From contig CAYMEV010000001.1 in NCBI GenBank assembly GCA_964389675.1, positions 124,001-156,538 on the forward strand: a stretch of DNA of 32,538 nucleotides, written 5' to 3'. Positions within the stretch are counted from its first letter, which is position 1. Each line of letters starts with the position of its first letter. Source of the DNA: an uncultured Candidatus Sumerlaeota bacterium (GTDB lineage: Bacteria > CAYMEV01). The position numbers and the translations under genes were made by a program. Below the pieces are notes generated by a model, which saw only the letters and a program-made list of their open reading frames with translations, made no database searches and was not told where the DNA came from. Below, piece by piece: positions 29,392 through 32,538 of this stretch.

Positions 29392-30375
29392 TTATTCTAT
29401 TCCAACAAGGGCTTTTATGTACTGCAGTCTGTGATAAAGTTCAGGCTTATCACTCTGTTTCTGTGATAATTTACCCTTGAAATCATTGATAGTGTTGAAT
29501 CCCTTTCTTTCCATCCATGCTGATATCTCCTCCAGTATTCTGCCAATAGTCTCAAGTCCGTTGATATACAGGGTTGAGCATATCTGGACAGCACATGCAC
29601 CTGCAAGGATCTGCTTTATGACCCCTTCTGATGTGTGAATTCCCCTTGCTGCAGCTATATCACATTTCAGTATGCCTGACAGTATCGCAGTCCATCTCAG
29701 GGACAGGCTGATCTCATCAGGGGAGCTGAACCTGTTGCCGGCAACAACTTTTAACCCATCAGTATCTATATCAAACTGGTAAAAGCGGTTGAATATGACA
29801 ACAGCACCAGCGCCTGCAGCTTTCAGTCCATGTGCAAAGCTTGGAAGGGAACTGAAATGAGGCCCTATCTTTATTGCTATCGGGATGCTGATAGATTTCT
29901 TAAGATTCTCTATCACTGCAATAAACTCCTCCTCAACCATGGATGAGTCATAGAGCAGGCCCTTGTTAATAGTAGCCATATTTATCTCAATTGCATCGGC
30001 TCCTGCAGATTCAATCTGTCTTGCATATCTGAGCCATCCCTTTGATGAAACGCAGTTCAGGCTGGCAATGATGGGGATATCAGTATATTTTTTTGCTTCT
30101 TTTATGAGTTTTATATAGTTTTCCGGCCCCAGGCTCATGCCTATATTTTTTACATACTCAAAGGCCTCTGTATGCCAGGAGGGCAGCGAATAGCTTTCTA
30201 TCTCATCTCTGTCTGCAAAGATCTGCTCTTCGAATAATGACTTGAGCACTATAGCACCTGCTCCTGCTTCATAGCACTTCCTGACCCCTTCAATTTTTCC
30301 TGTCATACCGCAACTTGCAACAATTATAGGATTTTTGAGTTCAAAACCCAGATACCTGGTTTTAAGGTTCTCCAT
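29392..30375 (-). CDS. Dihydroorotate dehydrogenase-like FMN protein
   Basis: LKTRYLG.ELKNPII, GAGAIVLKSLFEEQI, IPIIASLN, IPIAIKIGP.FS, VIFNRFYQ.DID. Start re-placed at ATG 30375 (AAGGAG 9 nt upstream). Confidence 0.88.
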   Translation of the reverse strand: MENLKTRYLGFELKNPIIVASCGMTGKIEGVRKCYEAGAGAIVLKSLFEEQIFADRDEIESYSLPSWHTEAFEYVKNIGMSLGPENYIKLIKEAKKYTDIPIIASLNCVSSKGWLRYARQIESAGADAIEINMATINKGLLYDSSMVEEEFIAVIENLKKSISIPIAIKIGPHFSSLPSFAHGLKAAGAGAVVIFNRFYQFDIDTDGLKVVAGNRFSSPDEISLSLRWTAILSGILKCDIAAARGIHTSEGVIKQILAGACAVQICSTLYINGLETIGRILEEISAWMERKGFNTINDFKGKLSQKQSDKPELYHRLQYIKALVGIE

Positions 30376-30620
30376 TATAAGCATCTCCTTATAATTTAAT
30401 GATTTTATCCAAAGATAATATATCATATATTAAAAAAAATAAAAGAGGCAAATCAAATTATTTGGGCAGGCATATAATTGGGGGCCTGCTTCAGGGGAAT
30501 ATATGTTATGAACCATAAAACCCTGGAATTTATTTTTATCTTTTTATTTTTGTTAGATTTTATATTGTTTATTAATAATATATGTCATAAAATCTATGTT
30601 TTACAAAGGCAGGTGATTCT

Positions 30621-31865
30621 ATGAAAAAAGAATGGTATATCAGCAGATTTGAAAAAAAGGTAAACAGCCATATCAGAGGGATAATCGAGAGTATTAAGAT
30701 CCCTTCCTTCAATAAAAGGGATATATTCTCAGGCATCACTAAAGAATATTCCTATCTTAATACAGCCGGAATAGGCCCTGCTTTGACTATTGCTCTGCAG
30801 GAGACTTTCAGGTATAATGAATTTCTTTCAGGCCTCGGGATGCTTTCCGCTGAAGGGCTCGCTCATTATGAGCTTGCACCTGAAATATTCAAGGAATATA
30901 TTTCAGGCATGCTGAATTGCGGGCCTGAGGAGATAACCTTCTTTGAAAACAGCTCACAGGCCATAAATGTTATTCTGAACAGCATAGAACTTAATAATAA
31001 GGATATAATACTTACCAGCGACCAGGAACATCCTTCAGGCTATCTTCCTTTAAAGAGGCTTTCTGAAAATATTGGCATTTCATTATTCTTCATACCCTGT
31101 AAGAAACCGGTGAGCTTCATAAAGAATTTCGAGAATATATACAGGCTTTCCAGGGATAAAATAAAGCTGGTTTTCTTAAGCCTCGCTTCCTACAGCAGCG
31201 GAAACATACTGCCAATCAAGGATATTATTTCCATCATTGACAGGTCAAAGACACTTATATTCATTGATGCAGCTCAGTATGCAGGCCTGCACAGAATAGA
31301 CCTGAAGGATATGGATGTGGATTTCCTCAGTTTCCCTGGGCACAAATGGTACCATGCCCCGCTGGGCACAGGTGTTCTGTATGTAAACAAAAAAACCAGG
31401 GATAAGATCAGGCCTTCATGGGTATCCTATAACAGCGTGGTTGAATCGGACATCGAATCAGACATAGAGTACAGGCGCGATGCAGGCTGTTTCATGTGCG
31501 GGACATGGGATATATCAAAATTTCTGGGATTAACAATATCAATGAAAATTATTGAGAAATACCTCCCTGATATAAGGGAATTCTATGAGGACACATTTAA
31601 AAAGGTATATAATATGGTCTCAGACATTCCCGGCCTTGTAGTAAATACAAGGCCTCAGCTTACTACAAAGGGTATAATAGGGTTCAAGCACAAAAGCATT
31701 CTTCCGAAACTGCTCGAGCAGGAAGCTTATGAAAAAAATAAGCTGATAATCAAAGCGATCAGTTATCCGGAAAAATTTCCATCAGTCAGGATAAGTCCCG
31801 GATTTATACATGGGATAGAGCCTCAGGACAACCTTTTCAAATTCTTGAGGGAACTGGAAAAATAA
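30621..31865 (+). CDS. Class-V PLP-dependent enzyme (aminotransferase V / C-S lyase-like)
   Basis: YLNTAGIGP, TSDQEHPS, IDAAQ, SFPGHKW (PLP lysine), PLGTGVLYV, VRIS; AGGTGA RBS. Confidence 0.88.
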   Translation: MKKEWYISRFEKKVNSHIRGIIESIKIPSFNKRDIFSGITKEYSYLNTAGIGPALTIALQETFRYNEFLSGLGMLSAEGLAHYELAPEIFKEYISGMLNCGPEEITFFENSSQAINVILNSIELNNKDIILTSDQEHPSGYLPLKRLSENIGISLFFIPCKKPVSFIKNFENIYRLSRDKIKLVFLSLASYSSGNILPIKDIISIIDRSKTLIFIDAAQYAGLHRIDLKDMDVDFLSFPGHKWYHAPLGTGVLYVNKKTRDKIRPSWVSYNSVVESDIESDIEYRRDAGCFMCGTWDISKFLGLTISMKIIEKYLPDIREFYEDTFKKVYNMVSDIPGLVVNTRPQLTTKGIIGFKHKSILPKLLEQEAYEKNKLIIKAISYPEKFPSVRISPGFIHGIEPQDNLFKFLRELEK

Positions 31866-32538
31866 TGCTGAGAATGCTTTTGCGAGGCCTTTCTTTCCAT
31901 CTCTGCATATTATCTGCCTTCTCCCTTCTTGCATTTTCCACCGAAAATCCTGATAATATTCATGTTTTAAAACTTTTTGAACTGATAAACCAGACCAGGG
32001 CCTCCTATGGCTTAAACCGGCTTAAATACAGTGATACAGCTTCCAAAATAGCATACCTTCATTCTCTTGACATGATGAATAACAGCTTTATATCACACGT
32101 TTCATCAGACGGGAAAACCACAGAAGAAAGGATACTGTCAGAAGACAAGCTCTTTACAATAAGCCTGGGAGAGAATGTTGCAAGAGATTCAAGCATTGAG
32201 GGTGCCCATACTGCATTAATGAATTCTGCAGGCCACAGGAAAAACATACTTGCTTCGGACTGGACCCATATAGGGTTAGGAATAGCAACAGGAAAAGATG
32301 GCCTGTTCTATATAACAGAAAATTTCATCAGACTGCCTTCAATCTATGAATTTGAGGATATGAAAATGATGGTTATGGACAGGTTTATCCGGAATGGTAA
32401 TTTCAAATACAGCACAAACCTTGAATTATATGCGCGCAGCCAGACAGAGGAATATATAAGGACTGATGCTGTACCTTCAGTCTCAGCATCAGGCGGTTTC
32501 AGGAAAATAAGCCAGACTGCTTTTACAGTATCCCGGAT
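31865..32538 (+). CDS. Exported CAP (SCP-like) domain protein; 3' end runs off the window
   Basis: Not in the ORF track. ATG overlaps the upstream stop (TAATG). Manual translation gives a hydrophobic leader, then LFELINQTRASYGLNRL, IAYLHSLDMMNNSFISH, GENVA, LMNSAGHRKNIL, WTHIGLGI and YITENF. Confidence 0.88.
   Translation, partial: MLRMLLRGLSFHLCILSAFSLLAFSTENPDNIHVLKLFELINQTRASYGLNRLKYSDTASKIAYLHSLDMMNNSFISHVSSDGKTTEERILSEDKLFTISLGENVARDSSIEGAHTALMNSAGHRKNILASDWTHIGLGIATGKDGLFYITENFIRLPSIYEFEDMKMMVMDRFIRNGNFKYSTNLELYARSQTEEYIRTDAVPSVSASGGFRKISQTAFTVSR

Noticed and set aside
3135..29606. Numerous 60-150 aa antisense or alternate-frame ORFs in the track
   Set aside because: All lie over well-supported genes and show no recognisable motifs
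30440..30530. c-di-GMP-I riboswitch (GGCAAA start) or PyrR site upstream of the DHOD-like gene
   Set aside because: Lacks the GAAA tetraloop and GCAAA elements; the minus-strand AATTCCAGGG does not fit the PyrR consensus
31443..31466. Imperfect 12-bp tandem duplication encoding ESDI-ESDI
   Set aside because: Only two copies, in frame, and likely incidental
32059..32247. 62-aa minus-strand ORF
   Set aside because: Antisense to the CAP-domain gene
1..32538. Stop-codon recoding, frameshifts, CRISPR arrays or IS elements
   Set aside because: Recognised genes appear full length under the standard code, and no periodic repeats or terminal inverted repeats were seen

Overview
AT-rich bacterial chromosomal segment (standard code; TAA, TAG and TGA all used as stops). 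It is densely coding and mostly core or housekeeping. I found no transposase, integrase, phage gene, CRISPR array or rRNA. From left to right: a secreted gingipain-family (C25) cysteine peptidase whose 3' end runs off the window and which the ORF track missed; a DUF2062-like membrane protein; tRNA-Arg(UCG); a minus-strand cysD-cysN(C)-GAF/HD-GYP unit; and a divergent plus-strand cluster (TPR-like protein, O-antigen-ligase-like protein, methyltransferase, lipid kinase). Next is a ~19 kb minus-strand run of 18 tightly packed genes: DHOD-like, DUF4911-like, aldo/keto reductase, GT2, ssb, lipoprotein, mfd, three SurA/PpiC-type foldases, nfeD, slipin, diguanylate cyclase, DUF4388-like, SPOR-like, lipA, tldD and tldE/pmbA. 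The window ends with a divergent class-V PLP enzyme and a truncated CAP-domain gene, also missed by the track. The best candidate for an undescribed system is the nfeD-slipin-DGC-DUF4388(MshEN-like motifs)-SPOR block, a possible membrane-localised c-di-GMP module. Other points of interest are a CysN with a decayed APS-kinase domain and an apparently split and permuted O-antigen-ligase/TPR pair. All family assignments come from motif recognition by eye; no searches were run.
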